DNA of 64,000 nucleotides from Camelus ferus (taxonomy: Eukaryota). Positions 37,046 to 50,619 of this stretch are shown here, piece by piece (the stretch's first letter is position 1; every line of letters begins with the position of its first letter). Position numbers and translations under genes: made by a program. The stretch covers positions 113,090,001 to 113,154,000 of the forward strand of contig NC_045696.1 in assembly GCF_009834535.1 (NCBI RefSeq), read 5' to 3'. The notes under the pieces are model-generated. The model searched no databases, was not told the DNA's origin, and saw only the letters and a list, made by a program, of their open reading frames with translations.

Positions 37046-39417
37046 TTACCCTCCAGAAGTAAAGTAACATTTGATTATAAAAGAATACCATGGCAGCATC
37101 TAGCAGATGGGTCACAATTAGGCAGCTATTAAAGACTTTTCAATTCTGGAGAGGCATGATCAGGGTGGCGCTTTACAGGAACAAGTCTTGTAGGGAACAG
37201 CATGATGGGAAGCAGATTTGAGGATGCCAATTTGTGGTACTGAGCTTTGTATTACTGAGGTGGCATTAGGGACAGGAGAGAAGAGATCCGTGTGGCAGAA
37301 TTTGTGAAGACTGCATTGACCAAGGAGAATGTATTCATTAATTAGCTGTGCAATTCAAAACTATGTTTCAGCAAACACACACACATGTGTACGTTTGTGG
37401 AGTGAGTGCATGTGTATAAAATACATTATATGTACATATATATTCATATACACATATACATGTATATATTCATATATATACATGCACTTATATATGAATG
37501 GCAACCCAAGAAAGACATTCAGCTAATCTTCTAGGAAACAGAATCTAGATAAACAAAAACAGTTTTGTAGTGTTCTTCCATACAGAAAATTGGCTGGAAA
37601 AAATTGAATGATGTAGTCTATTGACAATAGATAAATAATACAGAAATAAATACACACAGCACAAACAGCATAAAACTTTTCTAAGGCCCCATACTGCCAA
37701 TTGCAAGGATTTTCAAACTTTGGCATCCCTGAATAAAAGAAAAAGGGAGAGTAAAAAGGGGCTAAATTATAGATTTTTAAGGGAAATAAGAGGCGAAGGA
37801 AAGATAACTAAGATCTTATCATAAGAAACCAAGCCAGAAGAAGCAAGAAAGTCAGGATGGAGAAGAAAACCAGCTTTTCTTTCCCCTTTCTCTCTCTCTT
37901 TCTTTCCTTCTCTCACTGTCTCGATCTCTCACATTCTCTCTCTCCTTTCTTTAATTTTAGGAGGAGTAGCATCATGCATTTGATAGCCATATTTTCATAG
38001 ACTTTCTTTATGGGTTCCCAAATGAGAAAGAATTTAAGCTCCAAGCATTGTCACATCCCTTTAGTTAAGCCGGTGGGCAGCCAGTCGTTTCGGGCCATTT
38101 TGCAGGTGACAAAATCAAAGCCCATCTGTGCTGCTGGTAGGAGAGAACCAGGCCCCCAGCATGGCTATTCTGGAAGTCCTCTCATCCATGGTACACGGTG
38201 CACTCACGTATACACATGCTTCTTGTGTATGTTCCCCACGAGGCTGGGCAAAAATGATGGAGTTTGTCAGTACCACTTTCTAGGTACTGTGTGTTTGACA
38301 TCTTTGGCTGCGAGGCAAAATAACTTTTCATTTCAGCTTTTAAAATCAGCTGAATAAGCAGAACTCAGTTTTCTGATTTAACCCCCTCTGATGGCATTTT
38401 GCAAAGCTAGTGTGAGCTCTGTTTTTCCCACCGCACATCAGAGAGGGCGGGTCTGCCTGGGCACTGGCTGCCTGCTATTCCCCGTGTCTTCTCAGGAAGC
38501 CTGCCGAGGCAAGCGCTGTAATTTCTGCTGTAACATCTTGGACAGAGTCTCTCATTAAAAAGTAAATGCCTGTACACTGACGTAATAAAAGTACAAAAAA
38601 AAATGCATGGGAAAAACACACCAACTGTAAAATAGTGGCTAGCTTGGTGAAGACAAGGGAGAGAGAGGGAGATAAGTCATGAGGGTTTCTTATGTTTTAT
38701 TTCTTATAAAGAAAGAGATGAAGCAAATAGAGCAAATCTGAATTGTGGGTACATATGTGTCTGTAATATTGTTTTATATACCCTTTGAATGTGTGCCATC
38801 TTACAGAATTTTTAAAACTTTTAAAAATCAAACAAATGCCCCTCATATAAGGTAACATGATGAGACCCCTTGAAATTCTTTCCTCCATTCATAACAATCT
38901 GCTTGTACTCTCATATGATGCTTCTGTGTCTTCGCACCTGCTACTCCCCCTCCCTGCCCCCTTCTACCTTTACTGTTTCCCAGATGACGTCTCAGCACCT
39001 TTCCAGACTCAAGGGAGGTATCTCATTCTCTAGGAAGTCTTGTCTGATGCCCGGCCCCCCATTCATATCTGCGTTTGGAGGTTCTGCTCATGTCTGAAAG
39101 AAAACCATGCATCTTTGTATCATGGCACATATTATACTGCTCTGTAAACCGTAGGCTTGTTTCTCTGACTCCCAGGATCGTCACCTCTGGCCGAGCTGCA
39201 GTATCACAGTGGGTACCATTTACACGGTGTCCAGCCTGCAAAACTGTATGCATCAGCCCTGCCTCCTTCCCACCAGAGAGAGAGACCATCTGCGTACCTC
39301 TATGCAGAATACCTAGCCTAATGCAAGTGCTGGAATAGACGCATACTCACATAGCAAACACTTGTTAAAGTACTGAAAAAGCGAGCCGTCAGCCAAACTC
39401 AAGGAAGACTTCTCCAC

Positions 39418-39592
39418 ACAGGTGGTTCTCCAAGTGTGGCCCCTGGAGCAGCATCACCTGGGAACTTGTTAAAATGCAGGTTCTCTGGCCTCACCCCAGA
39501 CCTACCAAATCAGAAGCTCTGGAGGTAGAATCCAGGAAACTTGAACAAGTCCTCCATAGGACTCATGCGTGCTTGACTTTGAGATGCACTGA
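39418..39592. mobile_element. MER5A hAT MITE
   Basis: gtggttctccaagtgtggcccctggagcagcatcacctgggaacttgttaaaatgcaggttctctggcctcaccccagacctac...tttgagatgcactg. Confidence 0.85.
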
Positions 39593-39639
39593 CTTAGACT
39601 GACCAAAACTAAAAGCCCAGGTTTTGTCTTTTGGCAGTT

Positions 39640-40365
39640 GAATCTGGAAAGGTGAAGAGAAGTCAACTGGGGAACAGTAAAGTTGAGGTGGGGTGCAAGG
39701 AGAGGAAGTAGCATGTACAAAGACAGAGAAAGAACTGAGGTATGTAATTTGCAAGTAGATGGTGATGGATGGAGTAAAGAATTCAGACTGGCAGGACAAG
39801 AGGGCTGCTGCCCAGGAGTCAGCTCACACAAGTCTGCCTCAGGTGTTTGGATTTTAACCCGACAGCAGTAGGAAGCCATTTAAAAATTGAAACAAGGAAG
39901 TGATTTGATCCAGGTTAATATTTTAGAAAGAGACCTATGGCGATGATGTGACAGATGGGATGGAGTTGAGATTGGCTTTTGTGGGCCAGGTAAGCAGCCA
40001 TTAATTAGCCAAGGTGTAAATTGATGAGAGCTGCACCAAAGCAGTTCTATGGGAATGGATTTGAGAAAAAAATTACCAAATATATATACATATACAAAAG
40101 GAGAATTGATAAAACATGGGAATGATAGAATTCAGGAAGTGAGAGAAAAGCCATCAAGGATGATTCTCAGGTTTGTGTCTTAGGTGATGGATGTCCATCG
40201 GTACCATTCACTGAAAGACAAGAGGAGGAGATTTGGGGATGGTACTGGGGCTGGAGAAAATGAGTTTGGATGTTGGGAGTTGGAGGTGTTTATGGAACAT
40301 TTATTGGGAAGCATCAAATGCTCACGGATATATCCTGGGCTAGAAACCAGTTTGAATGATATCTA
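39640..40365 (-). mobile_element. L2 LINE fragment
   Basis: Purine-rich L2 body, e.g. ggaagccattt...agtgatttgatccagg and tcaaggatgattctcaggttt. Confidence 0.7.
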
Positions 40366-41066
40366 GATATATATGTCATTATAAACAAGGCTGCTGTACA
40401 TATACCTTCACCTAAATTTTGTCTTAATATCTGATTATTTCCATAGGAAATATTTCTAGAATAAAGTCTGGGGATAAATGTAACCAAACTATCTTAGAAA
40501 AGGTTGTGTCATTTGACACTTCCGTTAACATTTAGAAGCGAGGCCAGCTCATCACCTCCTTACAGACATTATTTAATCCTCACAAATTGGATTGCCCAAT
40601 AGTGAGGTTACTTCAATGCATATTGTCCTGGTTGCTTGTGTGATTGGACATATTTCACTGTTGACTGTTATCCAAAGATTGTCTGTTCATGTCATTTGCC
40701 CATTTTCTACAAGATACTGATTTTAACTGATTTTCAAGAACTCTCTTCTCTATTAAGGATATCATCTCTTTCCTGGCTCGTGTGTCACAGTTGCATTTTT
40801 CCACTTTTTCCTTCATCTTTACTCTAGCAGTGGGTGGCTATTCCCTGTGCCTGGAACACCTCACCTATCCCCCAAGGTATCCACTGGGCTCACTCCCGCA
40901 CCGCCTCCAAGTCTTTATCTGAATCTTATCCTTCAGTGATGTCTGGCCACCCTATTCAATGCTTCAGCCACCCAGCAAGCACAACACTTGGCACTTCTGA
41001 TCCTCCCTCTTGGTTCTAGTTTTCTTTTTCCCAAAGCACTTTCCACCTTCCTGCAGATAATATAAT

Positions 41067-41495
41067 CTTTTAAATATTTTTTATTGAGTTATAGTCATTT
41101 TACAATGTTGTGTCAAATAACAGTGTAGAGCACAATTTTTCAGTTATACATGAACATACATATATTAATTGTCACATTTTTTTTCACTGTGAGCTACCAT
41201 AAGATCTTTTATGTATTTCCCTGTGCTTTACAGTATTATCTTGTTTATCTATTCTGCATATGCCTGTCAGTATCTACAAATTTTGAAATCCCATTCTGTC
41301 CCTTCCCACCCCCTGCCCCCTTGGCAACCACAAGTTTGTATTCTATGTCTATGAGTTTCTTTCTGTTTTGTATTTATGTTTTTGTTTTTGTTTTTGTTTT
41401 TGTTTTTGTTTTAGATTCCACATATGAGCGATCTCATATGGTATTTTTCTTTCTCTTTCTGGCGTACTTCACTTCGAGTGACATTCTCCAGGAAC
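41067..41495 (-). mobile_element. L1 3' end, camelid type
   Basis: Same subfamily as 481-706. 10-bp TSD ataatataat (41057-41066 / 41496-41505). Internal (TTTTTG)n. Confidence 0.92.
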
Positions 41496-41586
41496 ATAAT
41501 ATAATTTATTTGTTTTGTTAAATGTCAGTTTCTATCCACTGGAATGTAAATTCCTTGATGGCAAGGATGTACAGACTTTTGTCTCT

Positions 41587-41640
<54 letters not shown>
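41587..41640. repeat. (TAGA)13 microsatellite
   Basis: Perfect tetranucleotide repeat, seen directly. Confidence 0.97.
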
Positions 41641-44574
41641 CCTAAACACTTAGAATAATGCCTGGCACATAGCATATACTTAATAAATATCTGTTAAATA
41701 AGTATTGACTGCCCTTATATTTTTATCTATTGTCCTAGAGTTTCAAAATATAATCCATATAAATATTTCAGTCTTTTCTTTGCAGTCGCTATCATTATTT
41801 TCATGCTTAAATATTTTCCCCGTGGAGAGACCAACAAATCTGTATTTTCTTGAGTTTTTAGTTTCCTTAAAAGGAACTCTTTACGTGGTCCGGCATTCAC
41901 TAGAATATATAGTGTGAGATGAGGCTCCAACTAGGTATTTTCCCCAAAACTGTCAATTTCATCTTATTTTTCAAACTATTTTAATCCTGTATCATTAGTT
42001 TATAAGTCTACCTTAAATAATCCTATTTTAAATTCATACAGTAGGGTGTGACGAGAACCTAGAACAGCTTGATGGAAACTAGACCATTCTATTATCTACT
42101 AATGAATATTTTAAACCTTTGCCCCTAGAATTTACCAACAGTTTTATAACAAGTTTCTCGTTGAACTGGAAGCAATATTCAAATTTCTTAATCCCTAAAT
42201 GCATCCATTAGAAGTCAGAGAATGAGGAAGGTCCTTTAACATTTATTTGGACGAACAAAATTGTTCATCAAAAAATGTTCGCCTCTTTCACAAAATGTAC
42301 AAACTACCTCACTTACTTTAAACACAAGTTTTGCAGTTGTTGATTTCTGTGTTGTGCTGATTTATGTCATGAATCCCTTTAATGCCAGCCACTTAAGAGG
42401 ACCACATTGATTAGACAGCTTTTTCTTGGGATGTTAGGAGATCCTACCAAAGCACAATAATTTCTGGTTTGGGACTGTGCTTCCTGTTAATAATAGGTGG
42501 AATAGTGAGTTACTACCACCCTTTGGGAAAATATATTGTAAAATATTTATTAAGCTTTTCTCCATGCAGAGCACCATGCTATGCCAACTGCAGGTGCAAA
42601 AAGTACCGCCAGTTATACTTCCCCAAAGACACTTAAAATTAACTGGGGAGTCAACATACATATACAGGAAAAGGTAAACAATAATTTCAGCAATTCAGTA
42701 TTTATGTTTTTGGCAAAATGAATGGGGCAGATTACATATTCAAAACAGAAGGACTGAAAGAGGTGATGGTGGTTGCAGTGACCTATGAAATCTTTACTGA
42801 AGGGACTAGAATTTGAATCAGGCCCAGAAGAATAAGCAGAATTTGACTTCTTTTATAGACGAGGAGAAAGGGAGCGGGAGGCTTAAGAGTCTTAATACTC
42901 ATTTCCAACATTTAATAGTTGGTTTCGGATTTTTTCATGTTTTTGTTGTTGCTGTAGGCAGTGGGTGTTTTCATTTCTGGACAGTTGCTGTATTATGGTT
43001 TAATACGTGTCTGAACATTTTTATTTCTACTTTAAATATCTGATGCACTAACATAATCTGAAAGTTGAAATTAATCAGTGAGGAAAATCTAGCAAGGATA
43101 GTAAGATTTAGACCCGTCGTCCAAAGGCAGCAGCCAGCATGCTCTCAGCTCTTTTGAAACCATTAGCAATCACTGGAGGATGGGCCCGTCACTTTTTTCA
43201 GGGCTGTTTTTCTTCCTTTGAGGGAAAGCATTTGATATGACAGGTGTCATGCCAGCCCTCAGTTATCAGTGCAGTGAGAACAGGGTCAGAGGGAGCTGTG
43301 ATGAGCGCACACAGTCTAGGGACCACCATTTAGTAAGAAGCATAACTTTTCTCTCTGAGCAAATCTTTTATGACAGTGATTCATAAATAACAGAATTCAC
43401 CTGATAGATTACACATTTGACTTCTTTCTCTTCTGCTACTTCTTGTTACTGCCTGAAAGAAGATCAGAGACAGACAGCCAAAAACAGTGCGTGGATTAAG
43501 ACACAGACCGTGACGGAAAAGGATGCTGCTGGAATTATCCTTTTATTCGTCTTATCTAGACGTCCCCATTTCATCCAAAATACGATCAGGTATATTTTGT
43601 ATTTTTCCTTTAATCAGAAATAATGCAATGCATATTTTGCAGTAAGGTAGGCACAACTTTGGAGCATACTTATTGTAAGAGCGTTAACCTACTCGATTTT
43701 CAGATGATTGGCAGTAAGAAACAGAGAGTCAGTATGTGCCTTTTAGCAACCAACAGAGACTTTTACTTTTCTCATTTAAGCTTGGCCTCAGTTCATTTGT
43801 ATCCTGGATCTGTGAGCTGCTAATTGTGGCCATTTTACTAAATGATGTGGTTCAGATTTTTATTGAATGTGCTATTAATGAAAAGCAACTGTTTTCTCCA
43901 TTAAAACTCAAAAGAGTGTAGAAGCTGAAGGCAAAAAAGTTAATACATATGCAGTTTTTGGTATGCATATCATATTCCACAATTTAAAAAAGGAGGTAGA
44001 ACGGAAGTAACTGTAAGAAGATGGGAAAATTGTGTCTAGTAACAACTAATAGCAGAATTCCTCTAAGGAAGGGAGCTGTGTTTATCTGGGGAAATGCTCT
44101 GACCAGTGCACTTGGAAGTAAAAAGATAAATCTCCAAGGGATCTGGGTGAGAGTGGAACTGTGTTGCTGGAGGCAAGGGGAGAGTTGGCCGTGACTCCAG
44201 GGAGAGGAGGAAGATAGAGACAGAAGACAGAGACAGAGACAGAGAGAGAGGCAGAAAGAGAGGGAATGAATGAAGGAATGAACAACAGTGGACAGAGGGC
44301 CAGAGAGATAGCAGAAGTGAAGTGACTCCTGTCTATGACTCCTGAGATCTTCATTAAAGAAGCTGAAATATTTGGTGCTAATAGATCTGTTCTAGAAAGA
44401 ACCCACTTTTGACTCAGGCCACGGGGTGAAGCGGAGGCAGGTCAGATGCCCACAGGTAACTGAGATGGGTAGAGTGATGGTAGAAACCTTTCGGAATGTG
44501 GGCTCATGTTAAATTGGAAGATGGTAGGGGGTTGGCCTTATCAACAGATGCTGTATATTATGGTGGTTTAGAGT

Positions 44575-44735
44575 AGTTCGTCTCAAGTTTTAATGATCAT
44601 GCAGTCAACTGGGAATCTTGTTAAAAGTGCCGATTCCGAATCAAGACGTCTAGGCAGGGTTTGAGACTCTGTGCTCCTAACAAAGCCCTGGGGTGCCCAT
44701 GATGCTGGTCACGGACCACACCTTGAGTGGCAAAG
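44575..44735. mobile_element. MER5A-like MITE
   Basis: tctcaagttttaatgatcatgcagtcaactgggaatcttgttaaaagtgccgattc...gatgctggtcacggaccacaccttgagtggcaa. Confidence 0.75.
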
Positions 44736-44739
44736 TGGC

Positions 44740-44960
44740 TCCAGGACCAGGTTTCACAGGTTCAGCTCCTAGTTTTGCTACGTACTTACTGTGTGACTGT
44801 GAGGAAATTATTTCACCCTCTTTTGCCTGTTTTCTCAGCCATAAAATGAAGACAGTACCTCATAGGGTTGCTATAAAGATTAAATGAGTTAATATATGCA
44901 AAATGCCTAGAATAGTGAGTGTCTGGCAGATTAAGGAACTGTATTAATGTTAGCTTCAGC
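44740..44960 (+). mobile_element. MIR SINE
   Basis: acttactgtgtgactgtg...aaaatgaagacagtacctcatagggttgctataaagattaaatgagttaatatatgcaaaatgcctagaa. Confidence 0.85.
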
Positions 44961-46344
44961 TGCAATTATAGTTATTATTATTTAGTAGTAATGTTATTAT
45001 TACTTACTTACTTGGAAGTGGAATAAATCCTACTAAGAGTTGAGGATGTCTTAAAACTTGGTCCACTGCAGCAGTACAAACTTGGACTTTAATGTGAGAC
45101 AAAGCCCACTACATTTTACATTTACCAGAGCTATTCGAGCAACAGTGTTTGACCCACTGGCCCTTTAAATAAAAGTTTACCCCATTGCTAATGTGCAAAA
45201 AAAAAAAAAAAAGAAATCAAGTTCCACTTCCATGACCTGGACCATTCACTCCCTTCTACTCTTGCAGTAAATTAGTTTAAATTCCAAAATCTGCTGAAAA
45301 GTTACCTATGCATGCATGCTAATTTTTTTCCTTAAAACTATAGACTATACAAGAGCGCATTTCATTAGGACTCAGAGCTGCATTGCATTTTGCAAATATC
45401 TCTATTTTATAGCAGTATTAGGTCATAAACACCTAGTTAGATGCCTATCTCACCCAACTCGGTCGAGCCTGGCTGGGGCAGAGGCTGGAATTATCTATCT
45501 TCTAACTCCTTACTCCCTCCCCGTAAGCACCTGGCCAGAGTTTGGCACATGGTTTGTGTGAAACACTCAATTAATATAGCGAGAAATCATCTGCCTGTAG
45601 TCAAGAGAGGCGGAAAAAATCATCCATTTAAAAAATCATATTTTTGTTTCATTTTGACTTTCACTCAGGCTACCTCATCATTTTTTTTAGAATTTAACTA
45701 CACCAAGGAATTTATTATCAGCAACAAATACTTGGCAGTACACGTACTTACTTGGAATTGATAGACAATTGATGTGATGGAAGGATCCGTAAATTTCTGT
45801 GTTTGCTGTGAATATAAATTACTTTTTTCATACTTATCAGATATGGAATGAGAGAGATATGTTCCACTTTAAGCAAACTTCACATGGGAGCATTTGTATT
45901 TGCAGAGCAGATAAATTGAATAGCAAATATTTATTTAGCAAAATTCTTCTTTGCATAAGGATTCAAGATAGCTACTCTGTGTAACTAGTCACTGAATAAA
46001 CTTGGATGGGTTTCACGCCCAGCATTATCAGCAGTACCGCTGGGGTGGAGAGGGGCTCGTTTGTAGAGAGATTCTGGGAATGAAGTAGCTAAATATACGT
46101 CTGACAGAACTACTAGGTAGTAAGTTGATCCACTACAAGATTCCGAAGTGGGTTGGTGGCAGACTCTCAGACTTAATTTCTAAATCCTCCTAGTTAGATA
46201 AATTTCCACAGCTGGTACTATGACTTCTAGAGTAATCTAGCAGAGGTCCTCAGGGGAATCTGCCCCTATTTATATCAGCTCTTGGTCTCTGGTCATGTAG
46301 ATTATTGAATCCTGGAGATGGAAGATTTCCTGGCAATGCACTCC

Positions 46345-46505
46345 TTTGCTGCTCAAAGTGTGGTTATGGTCCATCCCACTGGGACCACCTGGGAGCTGGT
46401 TGGAGATGAAGAGGCTCAGGGTCCTCTCTAGACCTAGTAAATCGGAATCTGCACTTTAACAAGATACCCGGGGGATTCTTACACACAGAAAAATGGGAGA
46501 AAGCT
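46345..46505. mobile_element. MER5A-like MITE
   Basis: ttgctgctcaaagtgtggt...cacctgggagctggttggagatg...aatcggaatctgcactttaacaagatacccggggg. Confidence 0.75.
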
Positions 46506-47168
46506 GAGTCCCCCCTCAGTGCTCTTGCAACCCACGTGGCTAGTCACGTTGTGCGGTTGTTGTTGCTGCTGCCCTAAGAACATTTAAAAACGAAACAGAG
46601 TCATTACCAGCTCCTGTCTTGGCTAGGGGAGCAGTTGTCGTTATAAAGGGCAGAAATGCTGTTCCCGGGAAACAAAAAGAGAACAGGATCCAAAAAATAT
46701 GCTTAGGAACTTCTGTTGCCTGGGGCCTGAGTTTGTTGGGACAAGGCAACTTGTTAAGGAAAACACAGTGGTAACTTTATCTGTGGGCCACTTAACGCTC
46801 ATCCGAATGAATGGCATTATTTCGTGGAAATCTTAGACACCAATAGCATGACTTTTAAAAGATTTGGGGGGAGTAGGAAGTGGAGTGAATGGGAGACAAG
46901 TGGGCATGAACGCAATGCTCATAAGAAAAATGTACTTATGGCTAAATTCACTGATGAGTTCCATATCTGTACCTGGGAATGATCCATTAAATAGCACACA
47001 GACAGTGCTTGCATTGCAAAAGGTGGCAGAGTATTAGGAAAAAGAGATGGAGCTAAAGGCTTTGATCTTTTCTGTAATAGATTATATGCAAGACTATGTA
47101 ATCAAATGAATGTGAGACTATACTGATATTTGTTCAGAAAATACAAACTCTTATAATAAGTGTCTTTC

Positions 47169-47294
47169 AGGGGGAAGGTATAGCTCAAATGGTAGAGTGC
47201 ATGCCTAGTACGCACAAGGTACTGAGTTCAATCCCTAGTACCTCTTCTAGAAGTAAATAAACCTAATTACCTCCTCCCCCGCCAAAAAAAAAAT
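47169..47294 (+). mobile_element. tRNA-Ala-derived camelid SINE (vic-1 type)
   Basis: ggggaaggtatagctcaaatggtagagtgcatgcctagtacgcacaaggtactgagttcaatccctagtacctc plus tail. TSD tgtctttc (47161-47168 / 47295-47302). Confidence 0.9.
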
Positions 47295-47981
47295 TGTCTT
47301 TCGGTAGAATGTTCTAGATGAATCAAAACCTTGATAATAATGATAGAAGAGAAAAAACTGACAATAATATTCCTTTGTTCCTGGGCAACAGTATTTTGAA
47401 GCAGCTAGCTTTCAGCTCAAAAGGAAAAGCAGAGGCCAGATTCTGATGTCCCCAAGGTCTGAAGACCCAGAGCAGAAAGCTGCCTTCCTGGAGCTTCAGG
47501 CAAAAAAGGAGCTTCAACAGTTACTCTAAAAGACTTTACACACTTTAATTACCTCTAGGAGGGGTCGCAAGACAGAGGTGGGAGCTGGCCCTGGCCCAAG
47601 GCAAATACAATAAACTCTTTGTTATTTGGTGCATGTAGATTAGATTAGTAAAAAATGATACTTAACTCATTTACCTACTTTTCCCATGAACTTTTTAAAA
47701 TCCTTTGTTTGAACCTTTGAAAACTATGGTTTTGATTTGAAAAGATAAAAGGGTTTAAGCTTCTAATATGGGTTTCCTTTCCTAGCTAAGTGATTAAGAG
47801 GACAAAGTGAAATTTATACCTATATCATTGTTTCTGTCTAAACCAGTATTTTATAAAAGCTCATTTTTTTCTCCAAATTCATCTCTAGTTTTTTACTTTA
47901 TAAATATACTCTAAAATATATTCATAGTTGTAATTTCTCATAGACTTCTGAGATTTTTTTCCCTGCCCCTATGCTGTAACC

Positions 47982-48670
47982 CAGTTTTGTCCACTAAAAA
48001 TATGTCCCGCATGCAAGCACATATGGAATTTAAATTTTTCTAGTAGCCACACCAAAAAAGAAGAACAAGTGAAATGTATTTTAATATTACATTTTATACA
48101 ATTCAATAGCCAAAATAGCATTCCAACAAGGAACAAATCTAAAAATCAAGTCACACAAAGACAAATATCATATGATATCACTTATATGTGGAGTCTGAAA
48201 AAAATGATACAAATGAATTTATTTACAAAACAGAAATAGACACACAGACATAGAAAACAAACTTATGGTTACCAAAGGAGAAAATAGGTTGGAGGGAGGG
48301 ATAAATTAGGAGCTTGAGATTAACATATACACACTACTATATATAAAAGAGATAAACAACAAGGTCCTACTGTATAGCACAGGGAGCTATATTCAATATC
48401 TTGTAATAACCTATAATGGAAAAGAATCTGAAAAGTATATATAACTGAATCACTTTGCTATACACCTGAAACTAACACAACATTGTAAATTAACTATACT
48501 TCAATTTTAGAAATAAAATCATAAAAATTTTAAAAATCATTGATATATTTTACATTCTCTTTTTCATGCAAAGTCTTTGGAATCCTGTGTATATTGTACA
48601 CTGACAGCACTTCTCACTTCAAACCAGCCACATGTCAAGTGCTCAACAGCCACATGTGGCTAGTGGCTTA
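47982..48670. mobile_element. MER33 (hAT-Charlie) split by an L1
   Basis: aatttaaatttttctagtagccacac... and ...tcaagtgctcaacagccacatgtggctagtggct match MER33. Confidence 0.85.
48149..48530 (+). mobile_element. L1 3' end inserted in MER33
   Basis: aaagacaaatatcatatgatatcacttatatgtgg...gaaaacaaacttatggttaccaaagg...aactatacttcaa. TSD taaaaatca (48140-48148 / 48531-48539). Confidence 0.92.
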
Positions 48671-50619
48671 GGAGAACCTGATGACAACTATGGTCTTCTT
48701 CCAGAAAAATTCACACCAGCACACATTCCCCATAAACTTTCAGGGGACTCATGAACTCCTTGAAGCTACCGTGGACCTCCTGTCATAAAATAAACCCAAA
48801 CTGCCATAATTCCATCACTAATCTCATAATTTTACTTAATGTTGACCTTTGAGGGTTACATAAATTATTTAAAAAGAAAATTTTAAATCATTTCTGTAGA
48901 CAAAAACTGTGCCATTTGCCAAAAGTAAAAGTTATCTGTAAAAAATATTTAACTATTAATTTGCTTTGATTGTTCATCCATAGACCTACCTCCTAAATTC
49001 ATCTTTCCTATCACTCTTTGGGACACACTACTTAGGGGTATGAAGACCGGATGGAGAACACTTGCTCTAAAGCTTGCTCTGGGAGGGTGCAGGGATGAAA
49101 CAGAGCACACTACTGGATTATTATAGTAACGTAACTGATTGAGCTGTTAAGTCTGTGCAGTGCATAAGGGTTGGCAGCATAAAATTGGGCAGAGTCACTC
49201 TCTTTGGCATGGTTCATGGACAATAGAATTGTGATTTTTTTTGCCTCTGCTGATGAATTTTCTTCCCTGACTCTATTTGCCAGGAGGTAGATCTTAAACT
49301 CGGTCTTCCTGGGAGAAATAGGGCTGGAAATGTGGGGATGAAGGAAGGAGACCCGGGGGGGATGGCTCAGATGAGTCTGCTCTAGGCCTTCAATCCATGG
49401 GCTTTTCCTCTCACCATCTTTGCTGGCTTCCCGCATCACAGTCCATTTGGTGAGGCCAGGTGGACAGATGGAAGAAGCAGCCAGTAACTGGCCACTTGAC
49501 CTCCTGCAGCACAGACCTCAAGCCCAGGCTACAAATTCAACTGTCAGCAAAAGCTGGGCAGGTGACTTAAATGAGTCATTTCTCAAGGAACTGGAAATTT
49601 GAACTTTTGAGTGAAATGCCCTGTTTTTCCAAATGTTGACTCATTTATTATTATTATTACTGTTATTATTATTTTATTTAACACTCGATACACCAATCAG
49701 AACACTTATGCAGGGTGGACTAGGTCAACAAGATGCCAGTTAAGTCTTCAGCCAGAACACCAGCTTCTTCGTCAGGAACTGCCTTTGTGCATTTTGTTGA
49801 CCTCACAATGAAGTGGGTGCTGTGATGCCTTTAGGGCTTCAGTACAAGGGACAGCTCTGCACCCAAGGACCTGTCCTGCCCCAAATGCTGAAACACCCCA
49901 GTTGAGAAATGCTAAAAAAAAAAAAAGTGGGAATTCTCTAGTTCACCACATGGTGTCAAGTTCAACTCGGGGTTGGGGCCAAGACCCTGTTTGGTAATGA
50001 GGAGAAAATGAGTTTTCCTGGGGCACGTATTTCTATTTGGTCGGACAGGTAGGCAGACATAGCAGGTGTCAAGGACTGCAGGTTGTTGACCACTTTTGGC
50101 TCATCTCACATCCTTGCAAATCTTTGCAAAAAGACTTTAGAGAAAGGCTTTATTTCCCCTTTTTGGGGATTTAGCATGCTTACACTCTCCAGAGAGTTGT
50201 AACTTTTCTGTTTAAAATGACTTTCACACGGTGTTCCCCCAAGGAAATGACATGATTGAAGGTTTATGTTTGAGAAAAGGTCCCTGCTGCAAAAATCCCA
50301 TTATAGAGAGTTCAGCTGAACTCTTCATTTACTCGTCTCCCGAAAGGAGTTATGCTCCAGGTACCATCTCCTGGGAAAGACACAGCCTCACTCTCCCTTG
50401 TTTGAACAAATTGAATTCACCCCAGTTCTCTGTTCCACAGCCACTCCAGTTCAGCCGAGGTGTTTGTTAGGGTTTGTTCAGTGATGATCTCTTTCCCTGA
50501 ACCAAAGAGGGTCCATCCAATCCATTGTCTGAGATTGTATGAATGACAGAGTGTTTTTGTCCCTTAACATTCATTTAGGCTTCTGGTGAGCTGTCATCGA
50601 TATGTCAATCCACTTACAA

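Larger units (their letters stand above)
40815..41705 (+). mobile_element. L2 3' region, interrupted by an L1 and a (TAGA)n microsatellite
   Basis: ttccctgtgcctggaacacc...ggaatgtaaattccttgatggcaagga...cctggcacatagcatatacttaataaatatctgttaaat. Confidence 0.8.
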
